Below, one piece after another: positions 1-10,025 of a stretch of 64,000 nt of DNA. The stretch covers positions 365,769 through 429,768 of the forward strand of contig JAFDXX010000023.1 in assembly GCA_018267705.1 (NCBI GenBank). The letters are read 5' to 3'. The DNA comes from Bacteroidota bacterium (GTDB lineage Bacteria; Bacteroidota; Bacteroidia; Chitinophagales; Chitinophagaceae). The position numbers and the translations under genes are program-made. The notes beneath the pieces were generated by a model. It did not search any database and had not been told where the DNA came from. It was given only the letters and a program-made list of their open reading frames with translations. Every line of letters begins with the position of its first letter. Within the stretch, counting starts at the first letter, position 1.

Positions 1-1
1 A

Positions 2-247
2 GAATTAAGTGTAACAGATTTATTTAATGCCAAAGGAATATACAGTTATAAAAACGGAATTAATACAAAAGCAATAATAGCTTTAGTTACAGGTATTTTA
101 CCTAATGTTCCAGGCTTTTTAGTTGCAGTAAAAATTATTACTGCCAATAGTTTTCCTGCATGGATTGTTAGCTTATACAACTACTCGTGGTTTGTAGGTT
201 TTTTTGTAAGTGCTATTGTATACGCTTTATTAATGAAAAAAAAGTGA
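2..247 (+). CDS. 3' end of an NCS1-family nucleobase/hydantoin:cation symporter (partial; start lies upstream of window)
   Basis: Frame 2 is open from the window edge to TGA at 245-247. The translation (...NGINTKAIIALVTGILPNVPGF...YNYSWFVGFFVSAIVYALLMKKK) is a hydrophobic C-terminal TM region resembling NCS1 permeases. It lies directly upstream of the pyrimidine catabolic genes. Absent from the ORF track because it has no start in the window. Confidence 0.55.
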   Translation, partial: ELSVTDLFNAKGIYSYKNGINTKAIIALVTGILPNVPGFLVAVKIITANSFPAWIVSLYNYSWFVGFFVSAIVYALLMKKK

Positions 248-411
248 TAGAAAAGTTGAAAAAACACAATGCTATATTTTGATTGGACAAAACATATAGT
301 GTTGAAAAAAGATATTTAACAGAGAAGAATTTTTGAAACACAGATTGAGAATGAAACAACAAAGCTAAAATAGTTTTCAAAAATAATTATCATATATCAA
401 AAAAATATATA

Positions 412-1791
412 ATGTCAATACTTATAAAAAACGGAAATATTATTACGGCAACAGACAATTATGTTGCAGATATTTTTATTGAAGAAGAAACCATAAAAGC
501 AATTGGAAAAAATTTAAGCATAACTGCCACTGAAACAATAGATGCATCGGGAATGTTAGTAATGCCCGGTGGCATTGACCCTCACGTTCATTTAGACATG
601 CCTTTTATGGGCACTTATTCAAGCGATAGTTATGAAACAGGTACACGAGCTGCATTATACGGCGGCACAACAACTGTTATAGATTTTATTTTACAAAAGC
701 AAGGCAACAGCCTACAATCTGCTTTACAAGAATGGAAAAATAGAAGTGATAATAATTGCTACGGAGATTATAGCTTTCACATGGCGGTAACAGATTTTAA
801 TGATTCAACAAAAAAAGAAATAAAACATTTTATTGAAGAAGAAGGCATTACTTCTTTCAAAACATTTATGGCATATAAAGGTGCATTAATGATTGATGAC
901 CGACAAATGATTGGTTTAATGGAAGAAGTAAAGAAACATGGCGGACTAATTAATGTACATGCAACCAACGGCGATATGATTGATTACTTAGTTGCCAAAC
1001 ATAAAGCAGAAGGCAAATACTCTCCCTTATATCATTATTTATCTCAACCAGAAATTACCGAAGCCGAAGCCAGCGAACGTTTTGTAGATATGGCAAGTTA
1101 TACGGGTTGCCCGGGTTATATTGTTCATTTAACTTGTGAAGGTGCTTTAAATGCTGTAAGAAATGCTACAAGAAGAAATCAAAAAATATTTGTAGAAACC
1201 TGTATTCAATATTTAATTATTGATGCTTCATTATACGAAAGAGAAGATGGAGCAAAATGGGTTATGAGCCCACCATTGCGTGAAAAGAAAGATCAACAAA
1301 CACTTTGGGCAGGCATCAATCAAGGTTTAGTACAAGTAGTAGCAACAGACCATTGCCCTTTTATGTGGGAACAAAAATTAATGGGCAAAGATGATTTCAG
1401 TAAAATACCAAACGGACATCCTGCAATTGAAAACAGAATAGAACTATTATTTAGCGAAGGTGTAAATAAAGGAAAAATAACACTTAACAAATTTGTTGAA
1501 GTAGCCAGTACCAATGCTGCAAAAATTTTTGGAATGTTTCCCAAAAAAGGAACTATTGCAGTAGGTAGCGATGCAGATATTGTTTTATTTAACCCAAATG
1601 AAACACATACACTCTCTGCAAAAAATCATCACATGAATGTAGATTATAGTGGTTATGAAGGTTGGGAAGTAAAAGGAAAAGTAAAAACAGTTTTATTAAG
1701 AGGCAAAGTTACTATTGATAATAATAAATGTAAGATAGAGAAAGGCTTTGGCAAGTTTGTTAAACGTAATAAAGTTGCTCAAACAATTTAA
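412..1791 (+). CDS. Dihydropyrimidinase / D-hydantoinase (cyclic amidohydrolase)
   Basis: 459-aa ORF with ATG start. Metal-binding motif GGIDPHVHLDMPFMG near the N-terminus and the overall hydantoinase/dihydropyrimidinase sequence pattern. Neighbours are beta-ureidopropionase and preTA. Confidence 0.9.
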   Translation: MSILIKNGNIITATDNYVADIFIEEETIKAIGKNLSITATETIDASGMLVMPGGIDPHVHLDMPFMGTYSSDSYETGTRAALYGGTTTVIDFILQKQGNSLQSALQEWKNRSDNNCYGDYSFHMAVTDFNDSTKKEIKHFIEEEGITSFKTFMAYKGALMIDDRQMIGLMEEVKKHGGLINVHATNGDMIDYLVAKHKAEGKYSPLYHYLSQPEITEAEASERFVDMASYTGCPGYIVHLTCEGALNAVRNATRRNQKIFVETCIQYLIIDASLYEREDGAKWVMSPPLREKKDQQTLWAGINQGLVQVVATDHCPFMWEQKLMGKDDFSKIPNGHPAIENRIELLFSEGVNKGKITLNKFVEVASTNAAKIFGMFPKKGTIAVGSDADIVLFNPNETHTLSAKNHHMNVDYSGYEGWEVKGKVKTVLLRGKVTIDNNKCKIEKGFGKFVKRNKVAQTI

Positions 1792-1869
1792 GTTTTATTA
1801 TTTGCTTAAATCAGAATAATGGAGATAGATTTAAAATATTAGGAAGAAATATTATTCTAATAAAAGTAA

Positions 1870-1910
1870 TTGATGATTAAATAACAGAACGTACAAGTGT
1901 GCGACGCAAC
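1870..1910 (+). promoter_or_regulatory. Copy A of dispersed 41-nt motif: TTG-N19-TACAAGTG-TGCGACGCAAC
   Basis: Sequence ttgatgattaaataacagaacgtacaagtgtgcgacgcaac. Same architecture and orientation as copies at 13607-13647, 34199-34159 (minus) and 48259-48299. Ends 62 nt before the GTG start at 1973. Confidence 0.5.
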
Positions 1911-1972
1911 CATAACTGAATAGAATTACAAATGTTAGTAACAAAAAATATTTAAAACTTAAATAATATAAA

Positions 1973-2839
1973 GTGCCAAGAATAATAAAATCGGGTCTCA
2001 TTCAACTATCTCTTCCTAAAACAGAAGGAGAAGGAACTATTGAAGAAATTAAAGAAGCAATGGTTCAAAAACATATCCCATTAATTGAAGAAGCAGGCAA
2101 ACAAGGTGTACAAATACTCTGCTTTCAAGAAATTTTCAATACGCCTTATTTCTGTCCGGGGCAAGATCCGGCATGGTATGCAAGTGCCGAAACAGTTCCG
2201 GGTCCTACCATTGAGCGTATGCAGCAGTATGCAAAGAAATATCAAATGGTAATTATTGTTCCGGTATATGAAAAAGAACAAGCCGGCGTTTTATACAACA
2301 CTGCTGCCGTAATTGATGCAGATGGAACTTATTTAGGTAAATACAGAAAAAATCATATTCCGCATACAGGTGGTTTTTGGGAAAAATATTTTTTTAAACC
2401 CGGAAACCTTGGCTATCCTGTATTCCAAACAAAATATGCAAAAGTTGGTGTATATATATGTTATGACAGACACTTTCCAGACGGAGCAAGATGTTTAGGC
2501 TTAAATGGAGCCGAAATAGTTTATAACCCATCTGCAACAACTGTTGGCCAATCTCAATATTTATGGAAATTAGAACAACCTGCACATGCTGTTGCCAATG
2601 GATATTTTATGGGGTGTATTAATAGAGTGGGAACAGAAAAACCTTGGAACTTAGGAAAATTTTATGGCACATCATATTTTGTAAACCCATTAGGACAAAT
2701 TATTAAAGAAGCAAGTGAAGACAACGATGAATTATTAGTAGCAGAATTTGATTTAGATTTAATTGAACAAATAAGAAGCAAATGGCAATTTTATAGAGAC
2801 AGAAGACCGGAAACCTATAATGAAATAACAAGATTATAA
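1973..2839 (+). CDS. Beta-ureidopropionase / N-carbamoyl-beta-alanine amidohydrolase (nitrilase superfamily)
   Basis: 288-aa ORF with GTG start. Carbon-nitrogen hydrolase pattern including ...CFQEIF..., ...YRKNHIP... and ...GVYICYDRHFPD... Confidence 0.85.
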   Translation: MPRIIKSGLIQLSLPKTEGEGTIEEIKEAMVQKHIPLIEEAGKQGVQILCFQEIFNTPYFCPGQDPAWYASAETVPGPTIERMQQYAKKYQMVIIVPVYEKEQAGVLYNTAAVIDADGTYLGKYRKNHIPHTGGFWEKYFFKPGNLGYPVFQTKYAKVGVYICYDRHFPDGARCLGLNGAEIVYNPSATTVGQSQYLWKLEQPAHAVANGYFMGCINRVGTEKPWNLGKFYGTSYFVNPLGQIIKEASEDNDELLVAEFDLDLIEQIRSKWQFYRDRRPETYNEITRL

Positions 2840-2910
2840 ACTACAATGATTATAAATTTTAAATGTTGAACAAAACAACATACCTAATTTAAAAATCAAA
2901 ATTTTAAATA

Positions 2911-4251
2911 ATGATAAAAAATAATCGTCTAACTACAGAACAATACGAACATAACTTCAGCGATATTAAACCACCCTTTGAAACACAAGATGCAGCTTTA
3001 GTTGAAGCCAACCGTTGTTTATTTTGTTACGATGCTCCATGCACTAAAGCATGCCCAACAAGTATAGATGTACCAAAATTTATAAAACAAATAACCACAT
3101 ACAATGTAAAAGGTTCTGCCCACACTATTTTTCAATCAAATATTATGGGTGCAGGTTGCAGCAAAGTTTGTCCGGTAGAAAAATTATGTGAAGGGGCATG
3201 TGTATATAATTTAATGGAAGAGCCTCCTATTCCCATTGCAAAACTGCAACGTTATTCAACCGAAAAAGCCATAAATAATAATTGGCAATATTTTGAAAGA
3301 AAAAAATCAAACGGAAAAAAAGTAGCCGTTATTGGTGCAGGCCCCGCAGGTTTAAGCTGTGCCCATATTTTAACAAGAGAAGGTGTTGATGTTACCATAT
3401 ATGAAAAAGAAAATAAAGGCGGAGGATTAATGACATACGGAATTGCTGCTTACAAAGTAACACCACAGTTTTGTGAAGATGAAGTAAATTATATTTTAGG
3501 AATTGGTGGTATTGAAGTAAAATACAATCAAGAACTCGGCAAAAATATTTCTTTAGAAGAATTACAAAAAAATTACGATGCTATATATATAGCATTTGGT
3601 GTAGGGCTTGCCAATAAATTAAATATACCCGGAGAAGAGTTAGAAGGTGTAGAAGATGCCATAACATTTATTTATAATTTAAGAAGTAAAACATATAAAG
3701 AAATTTCTGTTGGAGATAAAGTTGCTGTAATTGGAATGGGTATGACAGCTATTGATGCTGCCACACAAGCCAAACGTTTAGGTGCCAAAGAAGTAACAAT
3801 GGTGTATAGAAGAACAGAAGCAGAAAAAAGTTGCACACAACATGAATTAGATATTGCAAGATTAGATGGTTGTGCAACAATTTGGCTTGCAGCACCAAAA
3901 GAAATTGTAGGCGAAAATGGTAAAGTAAAAGCATTAATCTGCGATGTTATGCAACTAGCCGAACCCGATGCAAAAGGCAAACCATTGCCTGTACCAACCG
4001 GCCAAACATTAACCCTAAACGTAGATATGATTATAAAAGCAACCGGGCAAAACCCTTACTCAAACATCATTTCAGCGTATGCAATTGATAATACAAAAGG
4101 AAAAATAAACATTCAGCAATCGGCAACAAATGTTTCAAAAGTTTTTGCAGGCGGAGATTGTGTAAATGGAGGTAAAGAAGTTGTTGATGCTGTGCAGGCT
4201 GGTAAAGATGGAGCTGCTTCCATACTATCATTCCTTCAAATTAAAAATTAA
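2911..4251 (+). CDS. preT: NAD-dependent dihydropyrimidine dehydrogenase subunit PreT (GltD-like, FeS + FAD/NAD binding)
   Basis: 446-aa ORF. N-terminal Cys clusters (CLFCYDAPCTKACP, CSKVCPVEKLCEGAC) are followed by GAGPAGL dinucleotide-binding motifs. Adjacent to preA. Confidence 0.85.
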   Translation: MIKNNRLTTEQYEHNFSDIKPPFETQDAALVEANRCLFCYDAPCTKACPTSIDVPKFIKQITTYNVKGSAHTIFQSNIMGAGCSKVCPVEKLCEGACVYNLMEEPPIPIAKLQRYSTEKAINNNWQYFERKKSNGKKVAVIGAGPAGLSCAHILTREGVDVTIYEKENKGGGLMTYGIAAYKVTPQFCEDEVNYILGIGGIEVKYNQELGKNISLEELQKNYDAIYIAFGVGLANKLNIPGEELEGVEDAITFIYNLRSKTYKEISVGDKVAVIGMGMTAIDAATQAKRLGAKEVTMVYRRTEAEKSCTQHELDIARLDGCATIWLAAPKEIVGENGKVKALICDVMQLAEPDAKGKPLPVPTGQTLTLNVDMIIKATGQNPYSNIISAYAIDNTKGKINIQQSATNVSKVFAGGDCVNGGKEVVDAVQAGKDGAASILSFLQIKN

Positions 4252-4304
4252 AAATATACATTATAAATAACTATTTGTATAATTCAAAATTTAAAATAAT
4301 CACA

Positions 4305-5573
4305 ATGGCAGATATATCTTCAAACTTTCTAGGCATAAAATCACCCAATCCTTTTTGGTTAGCAAGTGCACCGCCAACCGATAAAAAAATAAACGTATTA
4401 AGAGCTTACGAAGCAGGCTGGGGTGGCGTTGTATGGAAAACATTAGGTTCACAAGTAAAAAATGTTTCTTCTCGCTATTCATCGGTAGATTATCACGGAA
4501 GCAGAGTAATGGGCTTTAATAATATTGAATTAATTAGTGATAGACCATTGGAGATTAATTTAAAAGAAATAACAGAAGTTGTAAAATTATTTCCCGACAG
4601 AGCCATGATAGTTTCTTTAATGGCAGATTCTACAAGAGAAGCATGGCATGAATTAATTAAAAAATGTGAAGATGCCGGTGCTATGGGTTTTGAATTAAAC
4701 TTTGGTTGCCCACACGGAATGACAGAACGTGGTTTAGGTGCAGCTGTTGGCCAAGATCCTGAAATTGCCAAAATGGTGGTTGAATGGGTAATGGAAAAAG
4801 CAACCATTCCTGTTATTACAAAACTTACACCCAATGTTCACAGCGTAGTGCCTACAGGGAAAGCTTGTGTAGAAGCCGGCACTAATGCATTAAGTTTAAT
4901 TAATACCATACAAAGCGTAACAGGTGTAGATTTAGATACACTTGTTCCTAATCCTTATGTAGCAGGCAAAAGCGTTTTTGGCGGATATTGTGGCCCCGCT
5001 GTAAAACCTATTGCTCTCAAATTTCTTACAACAATTGCACAAAATGCCACCACAAAAAAAGTTCCTATTAGTGGTATTGGAGGTATTAGCACATGGAGAG
5101 ATGCAGTTGAATTTATGTTACTCGGCTCAAGTACCGTACAAGTATGTACCGCAGCTATGAAACATGGTTTTAGAATTGTAGAAGATATGTGTGAAGGATT
5201 AAATAATTGGATGGATGAAAAAGGATTTAAAACATTAAACGATTTTATTGGAAAGAGTGTGAGCAACATTACACATTGGGAAGATTTAGATATCAACTAT
5301 CACCATGTAGCCAATATTAATCAAGACAAATGTATTCATTGCGGCCTATGTTATATTACTTGCGAAGACACTTCTCACCAAGCCATTAATCTAGATAAAG
5401 GAAATCCATACAACACTTATACAATAAAAGAACAAGATTGTGTTGGTTGTAATTTATGCAAATTAGTTTGCCCCGTAGATAATTGTATAACAATGGTTGA
5501 AAAACGTGTTGCACCCGAATACATTAATTGGAAAATGTGGCAAGAAAAAGGATTGCCTTTGAACGACCATTAA
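4305..5573 (+). CDS. preA: Dihydropyrimidine dehydrogenase subunit PreA (DHOD-like TIM barrel + C-terminal 2x[4Fe-4S] ferredoxin)
   Basis: ORF track starts at TTG 4275. I prefer ATG 4305 (MADISSNFLGIKSPNPF...), which matches the usual N-terminus. C-terminal CIHCGLCYITC and CVGCNLCKLVCP ferredoxin motifs. Confidence 0.85.
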   Translation: MADISSNFLGIKSPNPFWLASAPPTDKKINVLRAYEAGWGGVVWKTLGSQVKNVSSRYSSVDYHGSRVMGFNNIELISDRPLEINLKEITEVVKLFPDRAMIVSLMADSTREAWHELIKKCEDAGAMGFELNFGCPHGMTERGLGAAVGQDPEIAKMVVEWVMEKATIPVITKLTPNVHSVVPTGKACVEAGTNALSLINTIQSVTGVDLDTLVPNPYVAGKSVFGGYCGPAVKPIALKFLTTIAQNATTKKVPISGIGGISTWRDAVEFMLLGSSTVQVCTAAMKHGFRIVEDMCEGLNNWMDEKGFKTLNDFIGKSVSNITHWEDLDINYHHVANINQDKCIHCGLCYITCEDTSHQAINLDKGNPYNTYTIKEQDCVGCNLCKLVCPVDNCITMVEKRVAPEYINWKMWQEKGLPLNDH

Positions 5574-5604
5574 TTAAATTAACAATCTAATTCAAAAGAG
5601 CTGT

Positions 5605-5627
5605 AATACTTTACAGTATTGGTTTTT
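5605..5627 (+). terminator. Weak AT-rich hairpin + T-run after preA
   Basis: aatact-ttac-agtatt (6-bp stem) followed by ggttttt. Lies in the 68-nt convergent gap between preA and the 517-aa gene. Confidence 0.35.
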
Positions 5628-5641
5628 GTTGAGGGAATTGA

Positions 5642-7195
5642 TTACTTATCAATTCCCTTTTTTATATCAAATTTTTTTCTGCGTATTTCTTGTACAGGTA
5701 CTTTTTGAATTTTACTTTCTAACCATGCAATAACATCTAAATACATAAACGATCGTGTTTCTATTGCATTACCTTCCAATTTTTCCAATTTTTCTTTTAA
5801 TAATTTAAATGAAGGAATAATTTTATGCGGAGATAATGAAAACGATTTTCTTATAAATCGAAATATTTCTTCTTCTACAACACTTAGGTTTTTCATTTTA
5901 GCCATAAATCTATAAACAGATTTTATTAAATATTCCAACAACTCATAATTGCCCAATTCAAAATGTGCAATTAAATGCAGCAAACGTGCATAGCATTGTA
6001 AATCAATTCTTAAATCATATTTCTGATTAATGATTTTGTTTAAGTATTCAATAGTTTTTTCGTTATTACCACTGCCAAAATATAAACAAGCTATTTTGTA
6101 ATAGAAGACTAACACTCTATGTTTATCTAAATGTAATTTATACGCTATAAGTTTTTCATTTATAATAGGCACTAATTGTAACCCTTCCGTAAATGTTCCT
6201 TCTAAAAAATGTTTATTAATTTTTGCAATATGTAAATACACAAATGTTTGAATGCGTACATTATCATTGGTTGCTGTACTCTGCGATTTTGAAAATACTT
6301 CAAACTGTTTTAGTGTTGTTTCAAATTTATCGTAATTGTTTAAATCAAAATGTGCACTTAATAAATTGTGTAACCCTTTTATATATTGGCTTGCTTCAAC
6401 CGTTTTCATTAAAGTATATTCTTCAAACAAATCAACCCACTTTTGAGTATATCGGTAATACATTAATAAATCTTGCAATATAAATCCATACCAACAAAAA
6501 GATTGATATAAATATAATTTTTCGTAAAAGGTTAGTGTTTGAAAATTATACGATGGTAAATTGGTCTCAAAAAATATTCTTACTGCGTGTACATCTCGTT
6601 CATCTCTTGCATGACCATGTTTTATATACCAACTATACAATTCTAATGAAAGGTTGGATAGTTTATTGGTAAGTGAAAGATGTGTAGTAATTGCATCAGA
6701 ATCTTTACTCAATTGCTCGGCACGGTTTTCTAAACTTCGTGTAATATGTAAGGCCTCAATTTTTTTTTCAAACAATATAGCTTGTAATTGATAAGTAATT
6801 TGATGATGTTGTTTTGCCGTTTCTTTTAATTTATCTAATACTTTTAAACTTTGTAAATACAACCCTTTATTGTATAATATTCTTGCAAAGTCCATCTGTT
6901 CATGCAATTGAATATCAATATTTTCTTTGTCTTCCAATACTCTAAGGCTCGATAGTATTTGTTTATACAAGTGAGCCCGCATATTAGAAAGTTGTTGCTT
7001 TAAAATATCTTTATTCTTTTTTAATAATAAAGTCTCATCATATTCAGTTGCTTTGTCTAACGCATCAAATAACTGTACAATTTTCAAATTTTCTCCACCC
7101 GAATTTCTTTGAACATATAGTTTAAAATTTCGTTTTTCGGCTTTAGTAAGCGACTTTATTAACTGAAAAAGTGTATCAGTACTTCTGTTGGGCAT
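5642..7195 (-). CDS. Hypothetical all-alpha (TPR-like?) cytoplasmic protein, 517 aa
   Basis: Long uninterrupted ORF with ATG start. No signal peptide and no motif I recognise. Helix-rich, repeat-like composition. Confidence 0.7.
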   Translation of the reverse strand: MPNRSTDTLFQLIKSLTKAEKRNFKLYVQRNSGGENLKIVQLFDALDKATEYDETLLLKKNKDILKQQLSNMRAHLYKQILSSLRVLEDKENIDIQLHEQMDFARILYNKGLYLQSLKVLDKLKETAKQHHQITYQLQAILFEKKIEALHITRSLENRAEQLSKDSDAITTHLSLTNKLSNLSLELYSWYIKHGHARDERDVHAVRIFFETNLPSYNFQTLTFYEKLYLYQSFCWYGFILQDLLMYYRYTQKWVDLFEEYTLMKTVEASQYIKGLHNLLSAHFDLNNYDKFETTLKQFEVFSKSQSTATNDNVRIQTFVYLHIAKINKHFLEGTFTEGLQLVPIINEKLIAYKLHLDKHRVLVFYYKIACLYFGSGNNEKTIEYLNKIINQKYDLRIDLQCYARLLHLIAHFELGNYELLEYLIKSVYRFMAKMKNLSVVEEEIFRFIRKSFSLSPHKIIPSFKLLKEKLEKLEGNAIETRSFMYLDVIAWLESKIQKVPVQEIRRKKFDIKKGIDK

Positions 7196-7383
7196 CGTAT
7201 TTTATTTTACTTAAAACCCTTATAAATAGGGCATTTTATAAAAAATAGTCTTGTTGCATATCGTAATAAACCAGCTATTTTAATTATTATACGGTACAAC
7301 TCTTCAATACTTTTAATTATACAACAACTACTTCATAGCAAGCAATAAAATTAATCTGTTATTCTTTATAAAGTAAACCTATC

Positions 7384-8547
7384 ATGAATAAAAATAAAGT
7401 GCACATTTTTGATACCACACTTCGTGATGGCGAACAAGTGCCCGGCTGCAAGTTAAACACCAAAGAAAAAATTGAATTGGCATTAGTATTAGAAAACTTA
7501 GGTGTTGATATTATTGAAGCAGGTTTTCCTATCTCCTCTCCCGGCGATTTTGAAAGTGTAACCGAAATTTCTAAAATTATAAAAAATGCTTCCATTTGTG
7601 GATTAAGCCGTGCAGTACAAAAAGATATTGAAACTGCTGCTGCTGCTTTAAAACATGCAAAGCATCCACGTATTCACACAGGTATTGGCACTTCCGATAT
7701 TCATATTAAAGGAAAATTTAATTCTACCAGAGAAGATATTTTGCAACGTGCCATACAATGTGTAAAGTGGGCAAAAAATTTTGTTGATGATGTTGAGTTT
7801 TATGCAGAAGATGCCGGCAGAACAGATAACGATTATTTAGCAAGTGTTGTAGAAAGCGTAATTAAAGCAGGTGCAACAGTTGTAAATATTCCCGATACAA
7901 CAGGTTACTGTTTACCACACCAATACGGAGAAAAAATTGCTTATTTAATTAATCATGTTCCTAATATCGATAAAGCAATTATTTCTTGTCATTGCCATAA
8001 CGATTTAGGTTTAGCAACTGCCAACTCAATTGCAGGTGTAATTGCAGGAGCAAGGCAAATTGAATGTACCATTAATGGTTTAGGAGAACGTGCAGGCAAT
8101 ACATCTTTAGAAGAAGTTGTAATGATTATTAAACAACATAAAGATTTAGGATTTTATACAAATATCAACTCTAAACAATTAAACCCAATGAGCCGTTTGG
8201 TGAGTGATACAATGCGTATGCCTGTTCAACCAAACAAAGCTATTGTTGGTGCAAATGCTTTCAGTCATTCATCGGGCATTCATCAAGATGGATTTTTAAA
8301 AAGTGCTATTACATATGAAATAATTAATCCCACCGAAGTTGGTGCAGATACCAGCAAAATAGTTTTAACTGCACGCAGTGGAAGAAGTGCATTGGCATTT
8401 CGTTTAAAAAATTTAGGTTATGATTTTAATAGAAATGAGGTAGATAATTTATATGAGAAATTCTTACAAATTGCAGATGCTAAAAAAGAAGTATTAGATG
8501 AAGATCTTCATGCAATGGCAAAAGTATTTGAAACAATTGAAGCATAA
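7384..8547 (+). CDS. leuA: 2-isopropylmalate synthase, short form (387 aa, no C-terminal regulatory domain)
   Basis: N-terminus [16 protein letters not shown]..., plus [13 protein letters not shown] and HSSGIHQDG motifs of the HMGL-like/LeuA family. First gene of the leuCDB cluster. Confidence 0.85.
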   Translation: MNKNKVHIFDTTLRDGEQVPGCKLNTKEKIELALVLENLGVDIIEAGFPISSPGDFESVTEISKIIKNASICGLSRAVQKDIETAAAALKHAKHPRIHTGIGTSDIHIKGKFNSTREDILQRAIQCVKWAKNFVDDVEFYAEDAGRTDNDYLASVVESVIKAGATVVNIPDTTGYCLPHQYGEKIAYLINHVPNIDKAIISCHCHNDLGLATANSIAGVIAGARQIECTINGLGERAGNTSLEEVVMIIKQHKDLGFYTNINSKQLNPMSRLVSDTMRMPVQPNKAIVGANAFSHSSGIHQDGFLKSAITYEIINPTEVGADTSKIVLTARSGRSALAFRLKNLGYDFNRNEVDNLYEKFLQIADAKKEVLDEDLHAMAKVFETIEA

Positions 8548-8623
8548 AATTATTTAGATATTGTAGAATGAATTTTAAATAATATCATTCATTACACATT
8601 CAAAATATAAAATTCAAAACAAA

Positions 8624-10024
8624 GTGAGTAAAACATTATTTGATAAAATTTGGGAAAAACATATTGTTCAAAAAATTGAAGATGGCCCCTCTGTTTTATA
8701 TATTGATACCCATTTTATTCATGAAGTAACATCTCCACAAGCCTTTGCCGGATTGAATAAGAGAGGTATTAAAGTATTTCGTCCCAAACAAATTGTTGCT
8801 ACAGCCGATCATAATGTGCCAACTTTAAATCAACATCTTCCTATTAAAGAAGAATTATCACGTTTGCAAGTTGAAGCCTTAATAAAAAATTGTGCAGAAC
8901 ATAATATTGAGTTATACGGATTAGGCCATCCATACCAAGGCATTGTACATGTAATTGGCCCTGAATTAGGCATTACACAACCCGGAAAAACAATAGTTTG
9001 TGGTGATAGTCATACATCTACACATGGAGCATTTGGTGCTATTGCTTTTGGCATTGGCACCAGCGAAGTTGAAATGGTTTTAGCAACACAATGTTTATTG
9101 CAAAGTAAACCAAAATTATTGCGTATCAATGTAGAAGGAGAATTAAATAAAGGTGTTGTTTCAAAAGATATTATTCTTTACATCATATCCTTAATATCTG
9201 CAAGCGGTGCAACAGGCTATGCAGTTGAGTTTGCAGGCAGTGCCATAAAAAGTTTAAGCATGGAAGCAAGAATGACTATTTGCAATATGAGTATTGAAAT
9301 GGGTGCCCGCTGTGGTTTAATTGCCCCAGATGAAACAACTTTTAATTATATAAAAGAAAAACAATTTGCTCCTAAAGGAGATGAGTGGAATAAAAAATTA
9401 ACCTACTGGAAAACTTTATTTACAGATGCCGATGCAGTATTTGACAAAGAAATAAACATTAATGCAAAAGATATTGAACCTATGATTACCTATGGCACAA
9501 ACCCCGGAATGGGTATTGGTGTTACAAAAAATATTCCTAACATAAATGATATGGATGATAAAGAAAAAACATATTACGAAAAAAGTTTACATTATATGGG
9601 TTTAGAAGCAGGTACAAAAATGAAAGGTAAAAAAATAGATTATGTTTTTATAGGAAGTTGTACCAACAGCAGAATTGAAGATTTAAGAATGATTGCAAAT
9701 TTTGTAAAAGGAAAACAAAAAGCAAAAGATGTTGAAGTGTGGATTGTACCCGGCAGCAAACAAGTAGAAGCACAAGCACAAAAAGAAGGTATTGATAAAA
9801 TTTTAGTAGAAGCAGGTTTTATGCTTCGCCAACCAGGTTGTAGTGCATGTTTGGGAATGAATGAAGATAAAATTCCTGCAGGTAAATATTGCATCTCAAC
9901 ATCAAACAGAAATTTTGAAGGAAGGCAAGGCCCTAATGCACGTACATTTTTGGCAAGCCCTTTAACAGCAGCACTTGCAGCCATTACAGGTGAAGTTGGA
10001 GATGTGAGAGAATATTTAAATTAG
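8624..10024 (+). CDS. leuC: 3-isopropylmalate dehydratase large subunit
   Basis: 466 aa, GTG start, [13 protein letters not shown]... N-terminus. Aconitase-family Cys motifs ([20 protein letters not shown]). Confidence 0.95.
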   Translation: MSKTLFDKIWEKHIVQKIEDGPSVLYIDTHFIHEVTSPQAFAGLNKRGIKVFRPKQIVATADHNVPTLNQHLPIKEELSRLQVEALIKNCAEHNIELYGLGHPYQGIVHVIGPELGITQPGKTIVCGDSHTSTHGAFGAIAFGIGTSEVEMVLATQCLLQSKPKLLRINVEGELNKGVVSKDIILYIISLISASGATGYAVEFAGSAIKSLSMEARMTICNMSIEMGARCGLIAPDETTFNYIKEKQFAPKGDEWNKKLTYWKTLFTDADAVFDKEININAKDIEPMITYGTNPGMGIGVTKNIPNINDMDDKEKTYYEKSLHYMGLEAGTKMKGKKIDYVFIGSCTNSRIEDLRMIANFVKGKQKAKDVEVWIVPGSKQVEAQAQKEGIDKILVEAGFMLRQPGCSACLGMNEDKIPAGKYCISTSNRNFEGRQGPNARTFLASPLTAALAAITGEVGDVREYLN

Positions 10025-10025
10025 A

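Noticed and set aside
4275-4304. TTG-initiated extension of preA
   Set aside because: ATG 4305 (MADISS...) fits the family N-terminus. The extension is AT-rich spacer-like sequence.
7196-7383. Possible Leu leader/attenuator or terminator upstream of leuA (weak ccct/aggg hairpin at about 7218-7234)
   Set aside because: There is no ATG on the plus strand in the whole spacer, the stem is only 4 bp, and there is no U-run.
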